Source of the DNA: Scenedesmus sp. PABB004
Lineage: Eukaryota
Length of the DNA: 64,000 bases
NCBI GenBank assembly: GCA_014905635.1
Contig: JABVCE010000003.1
Location: 992,001-1,056,000, forward strand
Reading direction: 5' to 3'
The translations under genes were made by a program, and so were the position numbers. Each line of letters begins with the position of its first letter. Position 1 is the first letter of the stretch. This document shows positions 37,101 to 51,039 of the stretch, piece by piece. The notes under the pieces were generated by a model, which saw only the letters and a program-made list of their open reading frames with translations, had not been told where the DNA came from and searched no databases.

Positions 37101-37110
37101 GTCGGCCGGG

Positions 37111-37141
<31 letters not shown>

Positions 37142-40100
37142 GGTGCCCTTGAGCTGCTGCAGCTCCGCCACGGCCGCGTCGGTGTACCACAGCCGCAGCG
37201 CGGCAACGTTCTTGGTCTTGCGCGGGCTGCTGATCGCGAGCGTCACGCGGTGCAGGCGGTGCCAGCCGTCCAGGCGCGCGAGCACCTGCGCGCGCAGGGG
37301 CGGCGCGCGTCGCGCCGGGCGGCGGCGGGCGCGGCGCGAGAGCGCACGCGCGCGCGCGCGCGCGCGCGCGCGTGGCGCGCCCCCGCGTGCGCGCACCTGG
37401 CGGTCGCCAAACTTGATCTCCACCGCCGCCGTGCCCAGCCGCATGCTGGTCGGCGTGGCGTGGCGCATGCCCGCAGCAAACACGTCGGCGGCGCTCACGT
37501 CGAGCCAGAAACCAGCAGAGGCGGCGCTGCCCGTGCCGCCGCCGCCGCCGCTGCCGCCGGGCGCCTCCAGCTCCAGCAGCTGCTGCAGCTGCTCGTACGC
37601 CGCGGCGCAGGGGTGCGTCGCGAGCGCGTCGGCGGCGGCGACGGTCGTCGCGAGCAGCTCGCGCGCCGCCGCCGCCGCGGCCGCCTGCCAGTCACCGCCC
37701 TCGGCCGCCGCCGCCTTGGTGAGGTGACCCGCCGCCGCAAAGAGCTGCAGCGACGCCGCGCCCGCGGCGCCGGCCGCGAGCGGCAGCGCGCCCAGCACGA
37801 GGCGCAGCAGCGCGCCGGGCTCGTCCGCGCCCGCGTCGCTGCGCGGCAGCGCCTTGTGCAGGAGCACGAGGGCTCGCGCCGCCTCCTTGCGCTCCTTGGG
37901 CTCGGGCCAGCCGAGCACGCAGCGCGCGACGTAGGCCCGCAGCAGCTGCTGCCGCCCCGCCGCCGCCGGCTCGGCGCCCGCCCCGAGGCCCAGCCAGCCG
38001 AGGTCGAGGCGCACAGCCGGCGCGGCGCCGGCGTCGGCCCCCTTGTCGGCGGGCTTCTGCCTGCCACCGCTGCCGCCGCCGGCGCCGCCGCCCTTCACGG
38101 CGCCGCCGAGCGCCAGGTTGAGCAGCCTCGCGGCCGGCAGGTAGAGCTGCGGCGCGCGCGAGGCCGCCGCGAGTCGCATCAGGAGCGGCAGCAACGCGCC
38201 GGTGCCGCCGCACACGTGCGCCCAGCACGCGGGGTGCGCCTCCGCCACCGCCTGCAGCTGCGGCAGCAGTGCCGCCGTCGCGCACTGCTGCGGCCAGCCG
38301 CCGTCGGCGGGCTCCGCTGCGGCGAGCTGCTGCAGCGCGGCCGCGTGCCGGCGCAGGCTGTGCAGCGCCCAGCGCTGCCGGTAGCCCGCCGCGCCGCCGG
38401 CGAGCTCCGTCAGCGCCCGCTTGGCCAGGCGGCGCACGGGCTTGAGCAGCTTGGCGCCCAGCACGTCGCACAGCGCCTCTGCCCACGCCGCGCCGTCGCC
38501 GCCGGGCGACTGCTCCGCGGGCGAGCCGAGCGCCGACGTCAGCGTGCCGACCGCGTCCCGCAGACCGAGCGGCATCAGCGCGTGCGCCAGGTCCACCGCC
38601 GCGGCGGCCAGCTGCAGCGGCAGGCCCTGCGCGAGCCTGCCGCCGCCGGCCGACTCCCAGGCGGGCTCCAGGAGCCACGCCACGCCGTGCTCGGCTGTCT
38701 CGCTTGCCGTGGCGCTCGCGGCGGGGCCGGCGTCGCCGCGGTTGTCATCGCCGTCGCGGGCGGCCGCAAACGCGGCCGCCGCCTCGGCGGCCGTCAGGCC
38801 CCACGTCAGCATCGCGGGGCTGGGGCCAAGCAGCGCCTGGAAGCCAGGGAAGCCCCCCGGCCCCGGCCGTGCCTTGCCGTTGCCCGTGACACGCACCGCC
38901 AGCGGCGCGCTGCGGTCGGCGGCGTGCTGCAGCAGCGGCAGCACGGCCTGCAGCGCCAGCAGCAGCGCCGCCTGAAGCTGATCAGCGGCCTCCGGGGCGA
39001 GCAGCGGCACGGGCGCCGTCGCGGCGCCTGGCTGCTGCTCCGCGTCGTTCGCTCCGGCGGCGGGCGGCGCCGTGCCGTGCGCGTGCTCGTTTGCCGTGCC
39101 GCTGGCGCCGAGGAGGTGGCGGAGCAGCAGCAGCTGCAGCAGCAGCCGCTCGGCCTCGAGCGGCGCGAGCCCGCCGCCGGCCGCTGCCTGCTGGCGCCAG
39201 GCGTCGAGGTCGTGCACGACGAGCGCCGCCACGCGCCGCGCCAGCCCCGGCGCCTCGCAGGAGGCCAGGGCGAGCGCCTGGTACGCCGGCAGCAGCGCCG
39301 CGGCGGTGAGGCCGCGCCGCCGCAGCACGCCCGCCGCGACGCGGCCGAGCACGTCGCGTGCGGCGGCGGCGGCGCCCGGCGCGCGGCCGCCGCCGGGCCG
39401 CGCCGCCTGCGCCAGCGCCGCCGCGACGTGCACGCGCAGCTGGGCGTCGGGGCCCAGCAGCAGCGCCAGCAGGCCGTCCGCGGCGCCCTGCACGTGCGCA
39501 GTGCCCTGCGCCTCGGCCTCAGCCAGCAGCAGGCCCACCGCCGTCTTGGCCAGCGGCACGAGCAGCGCCGGCGGCAGCAGCGGCGCGCCTCCGAGGCGCT
39601 TCAGGCCCGCCACCGCCGCCACGAGGCTGGCGGCGCAGGCCGCCGCGACGCCGGACTCCGCCTGCGGGCCGCCGCGCTGCGCCAGCAGCTCGCACACCGC
39701 ATCGGGCCGGGCCTGCAGCACGCTCGCCACGCAGGCCGCGGCGTGCAGGTAGGCAGACAGTGCGGCGTCGCCCCAGGCATCCCCCGGCGGCAGCGCTGCC
39801 AGCCTCAGCAGCACCTCCGCCGCCTGCCCGAGCTTCCAGCCGTCCTTGCGCCGCAGCGCGGCGGCCGGGAAGGCGCCGTCGCCGTCCTGCTGGCCGCCGC
39901 CTCTGCCCGCCGCGCCGGCGCCGGCGCCGGTCGCCGCTGCGAGCAGCTGGTGCGCCGCGGCCTCCAGGGCCCAGCTGGGCGTCCAGCGCGCCGCGGCGGC
40001 CGCGTCCGGGCACAGCAGCGCGCGCGCCACGGGCAGCACGGCCCCTTCGACCTCGCCGCCGCCGCCGCCCGCCTCGGCCGCCGCCGCCGCCGCGTCCGCG

Positions 40101-43100
40101 CCCGCGCGCAGCAGGGCGTGCAGCAGCACGTGGCTGCTGGCCGCGCCGCCTGCGCCGTCGCCGACGGGCACGGCGCCGGCCGGCAGGCTTGCGGCCGCGG
40201 CGGCCAGGGCGGCGAGCTCCAGCGGGAGCGCCTGCGGCAGCGCGGGCGGAGGTGTTGGGCGGGGCGTGCCGGCGCGCGCTCGGCCCGCAGCTGGCACCGG
40301 CTCGCCGGTGCGCCGCGCAGCCTGCCGCGGCGCCGCGGCTCACCTCCTTGCCCCCCTGCTCTGCTGCCGCCGCCGCGCGCGCCTGCACCTCCGCCGGCTC
40401 CTGGCCCCACACGTCCAGGTGGCAAAGGCCGAGCCGCCGCGCCGAGTCAGCCGGCGCGGCAAACTGCAGCGTCAGCGCGCCGCCGGCGCTGGTGGCGGCG
40501 CCGCCGCTGCCAGCCCCCGCCGCCGCCAGCGACTCGGCCGGCTGCAGGACGATCTGGTGCCAGCGCTGGCCGCTGCCCGGCGCCGCGAGCTGCACGGTGC
40601 GGCTGAAGCTGGCCGCCTGCGACGCGCCGGCGCCGGCGGCTGCCCCCGCACGAGCGCGCGGAGCCGCCGCGGCGCCGCCGCCCCCGCTGAGCGTGACGCT
40701 CGGCGGCGCGGCGCCGCCGCTGGGGAGCAGCAGCCGCAGCACCACCGGCGCGAGGCCGCAGCTCGCAGCATGCTTGACGACCAGGCGCAGGCCCGCGCCG
40801 AGCGCGGGGGCCTCGAGCCTGCGGTCGGGGTCGGCGGGCGTGCGCAGCAGCAGCCGCGCCGCCGCGTCGGCGGTGCCGGCGCGGCTGATGTCGCCGCTGA
40901 GCGACAGGTAGGCGTTCATGTGGCTGCACGCCTCCACCAGCAGGACGTCGGGGTCGGCCCGCGCCGCGACACCGCCGGCGGCGGCGCCGCCCGCGCCGCC
41001 GCCGGCCCCCGCGGCGCCGCCCGCCGCCGCCACGGCAGCCGCGGCGGCCGCCGCCGCTTCGCGCCGGCTCGGCTGGCCCGCGGCGCGCGCTGCGCCGCCG
41101 GGCGCGGCCGCCTCCGCCGCCGCCAGGGTCGCCGCGCCCGCGGCGGCGGCGCCGCCGCCGGCGCCGGCCTCCCCGCCGGGCTGCGCCGCGGGCGCCGCGA
41201 GCGCCGCCGCCGCGGGCGCCGCCGCCGCCGCTGCCGTCGCGCCCGGCTGCGGCGGCAGCAGCGCGCGCCGCAGCGCGGCGGTGTGCGGCTGCAGCGCCGC
41301 CGTGCCGGCGGGGCGGCGCGTCGTGTACATGTACAGGTTGCCGCGGCTGCACAGCCCCACCACCAGCAGCTGCTGGGTCCAGGGGAACGGCACGACCGCG
41401 AGGCCGTCCAGCACCGCGTCCGCCTGGCTGTGCCGCAGGTGCAGCGCCTGCACGTCGACGCGCCAGGCGGCGGGCCCGCCGCCGCCCGGCTGCCGCGGCG
41501 CGACGGCCGCCACGTACGCGCAGCCCAGGCCCCTGCCGCTCGCCAGGTGCTTGGCCTGCCCCGGCGCCACCGCCAGCAGCTGCGCCGCGCCGTACGCGGC
41601 GCGCGCCGCGGGCAGCAGCGGCAGGTCCCACGCCAGCGCAGCGGGGCTCAGCACGAGCGGCTTGGGCGAACCAAACACGGGGCTGCTCGCGCCCGCGGTG
41701 TCGAGCACGCAGCCCGCCAGCACCGCACGGCAGGCAGCGTCGAGCTGCAACAGCAGCTGCACCTGCCTGCCACTGCTGCCGCCGCTGCCGCTGCTGCCGC
41801 TGCTGCCGCTGCTGCCGCTGCTGCCGCCGCCGCTGCTGCTGCCGCCGCCGCTGCTGCTGCCGCCGCCGCCGCTGCTGCGGCTGCTGCGGCTGCTGCGGCT
41901 GCTGCTGTCGCTGCTCTCTGCCGTGCCCGCCACCAGCAGCAGCTGGCTCGCGGGGCAGAAGTGGCAGCTGCGGCCCTGCTGCAGCCGCTGCAGCTGCGCC
42001 GGCCAGGCCAGCGGCTCGGCCAGCAGCACCGTGCCCTCGTGCGGCTCATGATGCGCCTCCGCGGCCGCCTGCGCGCCGCCGGGCGTCGCCGGCCGCGGCC
42101 CAGGGCTGGGCGCGCGGCTGGCGGTGCCGGTGGCGCCGCCGGTGCCCGCGTTGCAGCTGAGCTCTGGCCAGTGGGCCGAGCACGACTGCGCCGCGTCCAG
42201 CAGCGTCTGGCTGAGCGGCGCCGCCAAGAGCGCGCCCTCGCGCGTCAGCAGCACGCAGTGCAGCACCGCCTCGCGCACCGCGGGCGCGCCGCCCGGCGCG
42301 AGCGCCGAGCCCGGCACAAACGCGGCGCCGCCGGCGAGCAGAGTGTGGCCCGCAGGGCGCACCGTGATCGCCGACCGCGCCGCCGAGTGGGTGAGGTCAA
42401 ACAGGTGGACGCCGGCCGGCGTGGTGAGCGCGACCCAGGTGTCGCTGCCGGGCAGCCAGGCCGCGCCGACGACCACGCGCGCCGCCTCGCCCGCGTCGTC
42501 GTCGCCCGCGGGCAGCGCGAGCGGCAGCCGGTCCGACACGCTGCAGTCGGACCCGTCCACGGCCCACACCTGCGCCTGGCTGTAGCCCGTGACCAGCAGC
42601 TGCCGGCCCGCGAGCCCGTCCCAGGCAAGTGAGAGCACGTGGAACTTGGCCGCATGCCGGCGCACATAGAACAGCCCGCCAGCGCCGGCCTCGCCGCTGC
42701 CGCCGCCGCTGCCGCTCGACGTCGACGCGCCGGCGCTCATGCTCCTGTTGCTGCCCGCGCTCGCGGCCGCCAGCTCGGCCTGCGCGGCGGCGGCGGCGGG
42801 TGGGCGGCGGCGGCGTGCGCGCGGCGTGCGCGCGGCGCGGCGCCCGGCCGCGCAGGCGCGCGGCAGCCGCGCGGCGCCCCGCCCCGCGCGGGGCCGTCGG
42901 CGCGGCCGCGCCCCCCCACCGGCGTGAAGAGGTCCCTGCCGCACAGCTCCGCCGCCAGCAGGCGGCCGTCCATGAGGCCCACCCACTCGCCGCGGCACAC
43001 CGCCACGAGGCTGCTCCCGGCCGCGGCGTCGGCGGCGCGGCGCGCCAGCAGGCCGCCCTCGAGCGCCTCGGCCACCTCCGGCGGCGGCCCGCGCGGCGCG

Positions 43101-46100
43101 GCGCCGGCGCCGCTCGCGCTGGCCGCGGCAAAGCCGCTGCCGCCGCCGCTGCCGCCGCTGCCGCGCGTGCTGCCCTCCATGTTGCCGAGCCGCACCACGC
43201 GCTGCAGCTCCACCAGCGGCGCCGGCAAGCCGGCGCCGCCGGCGGGCGCCTGCCGCCCGCCGCCCCCGTCCTTGGCGCCCCCGCCGCCGCCCTTGGCCTT
43301 GCCGCTGCCTGCCCGGTCCGAGCCGGGCGCCTCGCACAGAAGCTCCGAGGCCGCCAGCAGCGGAGGCAGCGGCGGCGCGGCCGCGGCGGCGCCGACGCCG
43401 GGCCGCTGCCCGCCGACGGCGCCGCCCTGCTGCAGCAGCTCCACCAGCAGGCGCGACAGCTGCATCGTGCTGGCCACGACGCCCAGCAGCACGCCCCACT
43501 GCGCCTGCTGGCGCTCCGCGCTGCCGGCCTGGAGGGCGGCGAGCCAGGGGCGCAGCAGCCGCGCCGCCTTGGCCAGGAGGCCCGCCGGCAGCAGCTGCCG
43601 CGCCGCGGCCTCCTGCTCGTGCGCCCAGCCCACGCTCCCACACAGCAGCAGGCGCTCCGCCGCGCCGGGCGCGTGGAGCGGGCGCGGCCCCGCGCCGCCG
43701 CCGGCCTGCTGGCGGCCCGCGCCGGCGCCGCGCTTGCCGGCCTGCAGCGCCCGGGCGAAGCTGCCACTCGCGGCCGCCTGCAGCAGGCCCGGGTGCAGCT
43801 GCGGGTCGTACGACCACGCCGCGGCGAGCGGGTCGGCGGCGTTGCAGGCCGCCGCGCCGGCCTCGCCGTCCGCCGGCGCCGCCGCCGGCGGCGACAGCGC
43901 CAGCCAGCTGCTGGCGCCGCCGCCCGCGCCGCCGCTCGCGCCGTCGGCGCCGCGGTCAGCGCCGCCGCGCGGCGCCGCGGCGGGCGCGAGGCACGCGCAG
44001 GGCACGGCGCGGCCGCGCGCGCCGTCCTCGCCGCCGCAGTCACAGAAGAAGCGGCTGCGCGCCGAGTAGACGAGGTCGTGCCCCGCGTGGCACACGGCCG
44101 CGCACGCGCTGCAGCAGCCCTTGGACTCGGTCAGGCCGCAGGTGTAGCACTGGTACCTGCGCGGCGGGCGCGTGGGGACACGCGGCGTCGGCGGGAGCTA
44201 AGCAGCCGCGGGGCAGGCAGGAGCGGCGGCCGGGGGCGCTGCGGGCGCACGGGCGTCGCCGCGGCGCGGCACGGCGCGGGCGCACCAGTGCTGCTCGATG
44301 AAGCTGTCGCCGTGCAGGGCAAAGCTGCACTGCAGCTGGCCGCCGCGCGCTGCCGGGCCGCGCGCGGCGGTGCCGCCGCCGCCGCCGGCCCGCCCCGGCC
44401 GCGCCTGCCCCGCCGCCTGGCGCTGCGCGTAGCGCTGGAGCGCAGGCGCCAGCCGCGCGCCGGAGCCGGCGCTGCTGCTGCTGCTGCCGCGCCGCCGCCG
44501 GCCGCCGGAGACGGCCGCCGCCGCGAGCGCCGCCGGCGTGGGCGCGGGCCGGCGCTCGCCGCCGTCGGGCTCGCGCGCCGGCGGCGCCGCCGCCGCGGAG
44601 GCCTCGGGCGCCGCGGCGCCGCCGCCGGCGCCGCCGCCCGCGCCCGCCGCGAGCTGCCCGACCGCCGCGACGATCGCCGCGTCGCCCGACGCCGCGGCGG
44701 CGTCGGCCGCGGCCTCGAGCGCCGCCGCCGGCGGCGTGAGCCCCGTGGCCGCCGCAACGGCGGCCAGCGCGACGTCCGGCGGGGCCCCCGCGGCGAGCAG
44801 CTCCTGCAGCAGCGCCGCAAACTCGCTGTCCAGCAGCGCCTGCTCGTCCTCCTCCTCCTCGTCCAGCACCAGCCCCGCCGCGGCGCCCGCGCCCGTGCGC
44901 GGCGGCGCGCCCGCGCCCGCCAGCGGCGCCGCGCCGCCGGCGCCGGGCTCGCCGCCGCCGCCGCCACCGCCGCTCAGCTCGTCGTCGGCGTCGTGGAAGC
45001 GCTCGCCGCGGCCGACGTCGTCGCCGCTCTCCCCCTCCTCCCCCTCCTCCTCCTCTTCATCCTCGCCGCTCTCAAACGCCTCTTCCTCCTCCTCCTCGCT
45101 GCCGCCGGGCGCGCCGCCGCCGGGCGCACCGCCGCCGGCGCCGGCGCCGGCGCCTGGGCTGCCGCGGCCGCCGACCGCGCTGGTGACGCCGCCGGCGCTG
45201 CGCTCGACGTGGAGCTCGTCGTCGTCGGCGTCGTCGCCGAAGTCGTCCACAAACTCCTCGTCGTCGTCGTAGTCATCCTCCCCAACCGCGAGGCCGCCGG
45301 GCTCGCCGAGCAGCCGCACCGCCGCCTCCTGCAGCGGCACGTCGCCGCCCGCCGCCGCCGGCGGCGGCGGCGGCGGCGCGCCGGCGGGCGGCTCGTCCGG
45401 CGCGGAGCGCAGGCTCTCCTGCGAGGCGCGCAGGTCGCCCGCGCACGTGCTGTCGCCGCCGTCGTCGCTGGCGACGCTGCTGGCGGCCGCGGGCGCGCCG
45501 CCGCCGCGGTTGCCCGACGACAGCAGCTCCTGCACAAAGAGAATCAGCGGCAGGAACGCGGCCAGCCGCTCCTGCAGCGGCGGGTCGCTGCCCGCCGCGC
45601 CGGGCGTGGCCGCGGCCGCCGCCATGGAGGTCGCGACAGCGAGCTGCTCCACGCCGCGCAGGCACGCCAGCAGGCCCTCCTGGCCCAGGCCCACGGCGCA
45701 GGCGGCGAGCATGCCGAGCAGCGGCGGCACCGACTTGAGGCCGGCCGCGCTGATGGCGGCGGCGCACGCCGGCGCCGTGTCGCCGGCGCCGCCGCCGGAG
45801 CCGGCGCCGCCCTCGCGCTCGCCGCCGCCGAAGCAGACGCGCAGGCAGCTGGCGAGCAGGCGCTCCAGCAGCGCCACGGCCAGCGAGCCGGCGGCGGCGC
45901 CCGGGTCCCGCTCGTCGGGCGCCAGCAGCGGCTGCCACAGCTCGCGGCACAGCCCCGTGCTGCCCGCGGCGAAGCCGCGCTTCACCTGCAGCTGCTGCAG
46001 GAGCAGGCGGTCAAACGTCGCCGCCGGCAGCGCGAGCAGCGAGCGGCGCGCCGCCAGCAGCAGCTCGTCGTGCAGCGCCTGCGCGTCGGGGCTCTCCGCG

Positions 46101-49100
46101 CCCTGGCAGGCGCCCAGCAGCTCCTGCAGCAGGTCCTGCACCCGCCAGACGTCCAGCGTGCGCGCGGCGAGGCCCTGCCACAGCCGCGCGAGCAGGCCCC
46201 GGCCGCCGGGCTGCTCCGCCGCCTCGCGCTCGTGCGCGAGCACCGCGGCGACGAGCTGCTGCGCCACGGCGCCGGCGCCGGCGCCGTCGCCGATGCTGCT
46301 GCAGGTCAGGCCCTCGCACACGGCGTGCAGGCGCGCCGCGGCCGCGCCTGCCACGGCCTGCGCGGAGCTGCCGGCGAGCGCGACGCCGTCGCCGCCGCCC
46401 TCGGCCGCCGCCACGTCGGCCGCCCATGCGAGCGCATCCGCCGTGCCGGCCACCGCGTCGCGCAGCGCGGCGGCCAGCGCGGCCGCGGCGTCGCCAGAGG
46501 GGCTGCCGCTGGCCGCCGCTGCCGCCGCGCCACTCGCTAAGTCGAGCTGCAGCAGGCGCTGATGCACCATCGGCTGCACCTGCAGCGGCCACCGCAGCTC
46601 CAGCAGCGCCAGGCTCGACAGATAGCCCGCGACCGCCGCCGCGCCGCCACCGGCGCCTGGCGCGGCAGCCGACGGCGCGCCCTCCGCGCCGCCCGGCGGC
46701 GCAGCCTCTCCGTCGGCGGCGGCCGCCGCAGCCAGGGCCGCGCCCGCGCCCACGAGCGCGTTGAGCGCGCGGCCGCAGCTGCCGGCCCACCACAGGCACG
46801 GCAGCGGCGCGGGCGGCAGGCAGGCGTGCACGGCGTGGAGCTGCTGCACTGCGGCGGCCCAGTCGCCGCCGCCGCCGCCCGGCGCGCCGAGGAGCGTCGC
46901 GGTGGCGCGCGCCGCGGCGGCGTCGAGCGCGCCAGCGCCCGCGGGCGCCCGGCCGTCCGCGGCGGCCGCCGCCGCTGCGAGCTGGTCCGCGGGCTCGCTG
47001 CTGCTCGGCCACGCGCGCCCCGGGGGCTCCGAGAGGGAGGCGAGCATGCAGTAGCCGAGGCCCTCTTGCACGACGTCCAGCTCGTCGGCAGCGAGGTCAG
47101 GGTCGACGGACAGCGCGAGCAGGCGCCGCACCGCGGCGCGCGGGCCCAGGGCGCCGTCGCGCGCGGCTGCGCCGGCGGCGTCGCCGCCGCCGGCGGCCGT
47201 GACGGCGGCCAGGCCCTGCGTCAGCGCCGCGAGCTGCACCGCCGCGAGCTGCTGCTGCAGCTTCGTGAGCAGGGGCAGCAGCGCGGGCAGGCGTGGCTGC
47301 AGCGCGTGCGCGTGGGCCTGCGGAAGAGGGGGGAGGGGGAGGGGAGCGCCGGCGGAGCGCCGGTGGGCGCGCGCAGGGGCCGGGCGGGGCGCGGCGCCGC
47401 GCTGTGCCGTGCGCCGCCGCGGCGCGCGAGAGCCGCCGCCGCGGCACGCCGCACCTGGATGTTGAGGCAGAGCAGGTCGAGCTCCGCACAGCACCCGGGC
47501 AGCTGCAGCCGCAGCAGCGCCGCCAGCCCCGCGCCCTGCCTGCAGAGCGCCAGCTTCTGCGCGCCGTCCTCCAGCGCCGCGACCAGCAGCGCGGCGAGGC
47601 CGGGGTGCAGCGGCTCGGCGCCGGCGCCGGCGCCGCTGCTGTCGCCGCCGCTGCTGCTGCTCCGGGCGCTGCCGCCATCGCCGTCGTCGGTCGAGCTCGC
47701 CGTGGTGGTGCCGCCGCCGGGCGTCGTGGGCGTCACCCGCACGCGGATGGGCGCGCCTGACTGCGGGTGCAGCGCCTCGAGCTGCTGCTGCAGCGCAAGC
47801 AGGTGCTGCGCCGAGCCAAAGGCATTGAACCCCGCGGCGGCAAACGCGTCGCGCGGGGCGGCGCCCGCCTGCTGCGCCGCGTCCTGCGCGCTTCGTGGTG
47901 CCAGCAGCTGCAGCAGCTGCAGGCCGCGCTGCTGGCAGCAGCCCAGCGCGAGCGCCGCTGGCCAGGCCTGCGCCCCGCCGACGACGACAGCTTCGGCCAC
48001 GCCCGGCAGCACCCTGTCGAGCGCCTGCGTGACCAGGGCATGCGCGGCGCAGCTGCCGTCGGCTGCCGGGGCTGCGCCCCGCTGGCCCCAGCCGCCGCCG
48101 CCGCCGCCGCGCTCTGCCGGCGCCGGCTGCGCGGCCGGCGCCTGCTCCTTCCCCTGCTGCGCCGGCCCCAGCAGCGGCCGCAGCAGGCCCTCGGCAGCCG
48201 CCTCCTGCTGCCGCCAGAGCGCCGCCGCCTGCGGCGTTGCGCCGGCGCCGGGCAGGCAGTCCGGGACGACCGCGGGCAGCAGCAGCCGCATGTCGCTGAG
48301 CCGCTCCAGCTGCTCCTCCGCCGCCAGGCCCAGCGCGTGCAGCAGCAGCGGCAGCTCGTCGGTGCTGCGCTCATAGCGCAGCAGCGCTGCAACCCACTGC
48401 AGCCCCAGCGGCTCGAGCAGCAGCCGCGCGGCGGCGGCCGACCCGCCGTCGCCAGCCTCGCCGTCGCTGCCCGCCGCAGACGGCTCGGCGCCGGGCGCCA
48501 GGCAGCGCTGCAGCTGGTGCTGCATCCACGCCAGCGTCGGCGCCTGCTCCGCCTGCAGCAGCCACACCAGCAGCCCCAAGCACGCGTGCAGCGCGGCCAG
48601 CTCCAGCGCGCAGGGGCCGACCGACGCGCCCCCGCTGCGCGCCGTCTCGCCCGCGGCGGCGGCACCGCCGCCCGAGCTGCTGCCAGGGCTGCCAGGCGCG
48701 GCCGACGCGGGCACCAGCCGCAGGATGTGCGCGAGGGCCTGCGACGTCACCGCCGCCAGCAGCGCGCGCTCGGCTGCCGGCGCAGCGAGCGCCAGGGCCA
48801 GCAGCGCCGCGAGCCGGCCGGGGCTGAGCAGCCACGCGAGCTCCGCCTGCGTCTGCGCCAGCGGGGCAGCCGCGCTGTCGCCCGGCTCGGACGCGCCCGC
48901 CGCACCCGCCGCCGCGTGCACCAGCCCGGCGGCCAGGTGCAGCCACGCGGGCCGCGCCAGCTGCGCCGCGGCGGCCTCGCCCTTGGCCGCGTGATGCAGC
49001 AGCACGGAGACAGCCACCTGCTGCAGCGCCGCGGAGCGGCTGTGGCTGTGCCCCGCGGCCGCCGGGCCGGCGCCCAGGAGCACCACCTGCAGCACGAGCT

Positions 49101-51039
49101 GTGCGGCCGCCTCGCTGCCGCACGCCGCGCGCTGCAGCGCGGACTGCACGCGCAGCTGCAGCGCGGCGAGCGCGCCAGGCTCATCTGCGTCCGGCCCCGC
49201 GCCGCGCGGCAGCTGCATGCCGACGACGCACAGCGCCACGCGCAGCGCTGCCGCCGCCAGCGGCTGCAGGCCCGCGTTGCCCGCGGCGGCCGGCTCCGCG
49301 CCCACCCCGGCCAGGCAGTCCAGCAGCGCGTCGCCGAGCGCCGCCGCCAGGCAAGCCCACGCCGGCCCGAGCGGCGCGGGCGCCGCGGCGGCCTCGCCGC
49401 CCGCGGCGGCGCCGTCGTCTGCGGTCGCCTCGCTGGCAAAGATTTGCTGCATATAGTTTGGCTCGCCCTCGTCGTCATCGTCGTCGTCGGGCGCGTGCAC
49501 CAGCGGCGCGGGCTCGCCTGGCGCAGCGCCGGGCGCCGCCGGGGCCGCGCGGCTGCCCCCGCCGCTCGCCGCCGCCCGCCGCAGGGCCAGCAGCAGCAGC
49601 GCCAGCAGCGCGGCCGGCTGCTGCTGCGCGCCGGGCTCGTCGCCAGACGCGAGCGCCTGGTCCAGCACGCGCCAGGACGCCCCGCCGGGCTTGCCGCCGC
49701 GGTCGCTGTCGCCGCCGCCGCCGCTGTTGCTGCCACAGCCCTGCAGTGCCTCAGCAGCGGCGCCTGACCCACGCAAGAGGCGCGCCAGCAGCTGCACGCG
49801 CTCCACGCACCAGCCACCCACGCCGGCGTCGCGCTCCGCTGCGTCGGCGGCGCCCGCCTGCAGCACGGCCTGCCCGCTGAGCAGGCCCTGCGCCTGCCCG
49901 CCCGCGGGCAGCAGCGCGCGCGCCAGCCGCGCCACCGCGTCGCCGCGCCCCAGCGCCGCGAGCAGCAGGCCGCGCAGCTGCTGCGCCAGCGGCGGCCCGC
50001 CGACCAGGTGCAGCCGACCGCAGCCGAGCGCGAGCCGCCATGCGGGCTCCACGGCGCCCAGCGCCGGCGGCGCGGCCTCGGCCTGGTCGCTGCTTGGCGC
50101 AGCCGCAGGGCGCGCCGCGGCCGCCGCCGCCAGGCCCTGCAGCACATCTTGCAAGCTGCGCACGAGCTGCGGCGCGGGCGCGGCCGCCACGCCCTGCGCC
50201 GCTGCCTCCTCTGCGGCCGCCGCCGCCAGCTGCAGCAGCGCTGCCGACAGCGGCCACGCCTCGCTGGCGTCGTCCGTGGCGGCCGCCGCCCAGCGCGCCG
50301 CCGCGCCCGCGAGCTGCTGCAGCGCGCCCGCGAGCGCCCCAGGCCGCCCCTGCTCCAGCGCCGCCAGCAGCGTCGCGGCCTGCCGCGCCGGCGCCGGCAG
50401 CACGCTCGGGCGCGGCGCCGAGCTCATGGGCAGCTGGCCCAGCAGCTGCCGCAGCGCCGCCTGCGGGCCAGAGCTCGGCTGCGCCTGCTGCTGGCGCGGC
50501 TGCGTCTCCTGCTGCCCCGCTCCGCCGCCGCCCGCGGGCAGCGCTGACGCCAGCACGCCGCGCAGCGCCCCTGCTGCTCGCACCCTGCGAGCGGCGGCGT
50601 CGGGCGCGGGCGTCGGGGCGGGGGCGCGGGCGCGGCGGGTGCGCGGGTGCGCGGGCGCGCAGGCGCGCGCTGCGGGCAGCGGCGCGGCAGCGGCGGCGCA
50701 CCGCGCGGAGGGCGCTGGGGCCGGCTCATCGCCCGGGTGCGCGCAGAGTGAGCTCAGGGCGTCGGTGAGCGCGTCCAGCGCGCCTGCGGCGCCTGCGGCA
50801 GGGCAGGCGGCGACGCCATCAAGCGGCGCGGCGCGGCGTCGCGCCGCCGGCGCGCCGGCCAGGCCTGCGCCGCGCCGAGACGGCGCAGCGCGCGTCTGGT
50901 GCTGCCGTGGGCCCGCACCTGGCCGCGGCGGAGGCAGGTCGAGATCGGCGCACGCCTGCGCGAGGCCGCCCACGCCTCGAGCCTCCTCGCCGCCGTGTTC
51001 CTCGCCGCCGTTGGTGTCGACGCCGTCCATCGAGCCCAT
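30014..51039 (-). CDS. BIG: Giant E3 ubiquitin ligase BIG/UBR4 (auxin transport protein BIG-like)
   Basis: UBR box QCSF..FIEQHW|YQCYTCGLTESKGCCSACAAVCHAGHDLVYSARSRFFCDCG (~44030-44335); Cys-rich LHCPRCSHVVTDRHGMCSYCR|ENAYQCRQCRHINYE..CSECGHSR; QEEFIPG, MRDVKNYVC, DDDFGMELLVGGSIVSLALPV, GLDGEATE; C-terminal CMVCREGY..SVSHFNLIHVACH..EWAGATLRN..CNALLP; TAG 30014-30016. The N-terminal third and the start codon are less certain. Confidence 0.9.
31119..31180. repeat. (GCC)n microsatellite encoding poly-Gly in BIG
   Basis: Uninterrupted gcc run. Confidence 0.9.
41770..41910. repeat. Mixed GCT/GCC triplet repeat encoding a Ser/Gly-rich insert in BIG
   Basis: ctgctgccgccg-type triplet array. Confidence 0.85.
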
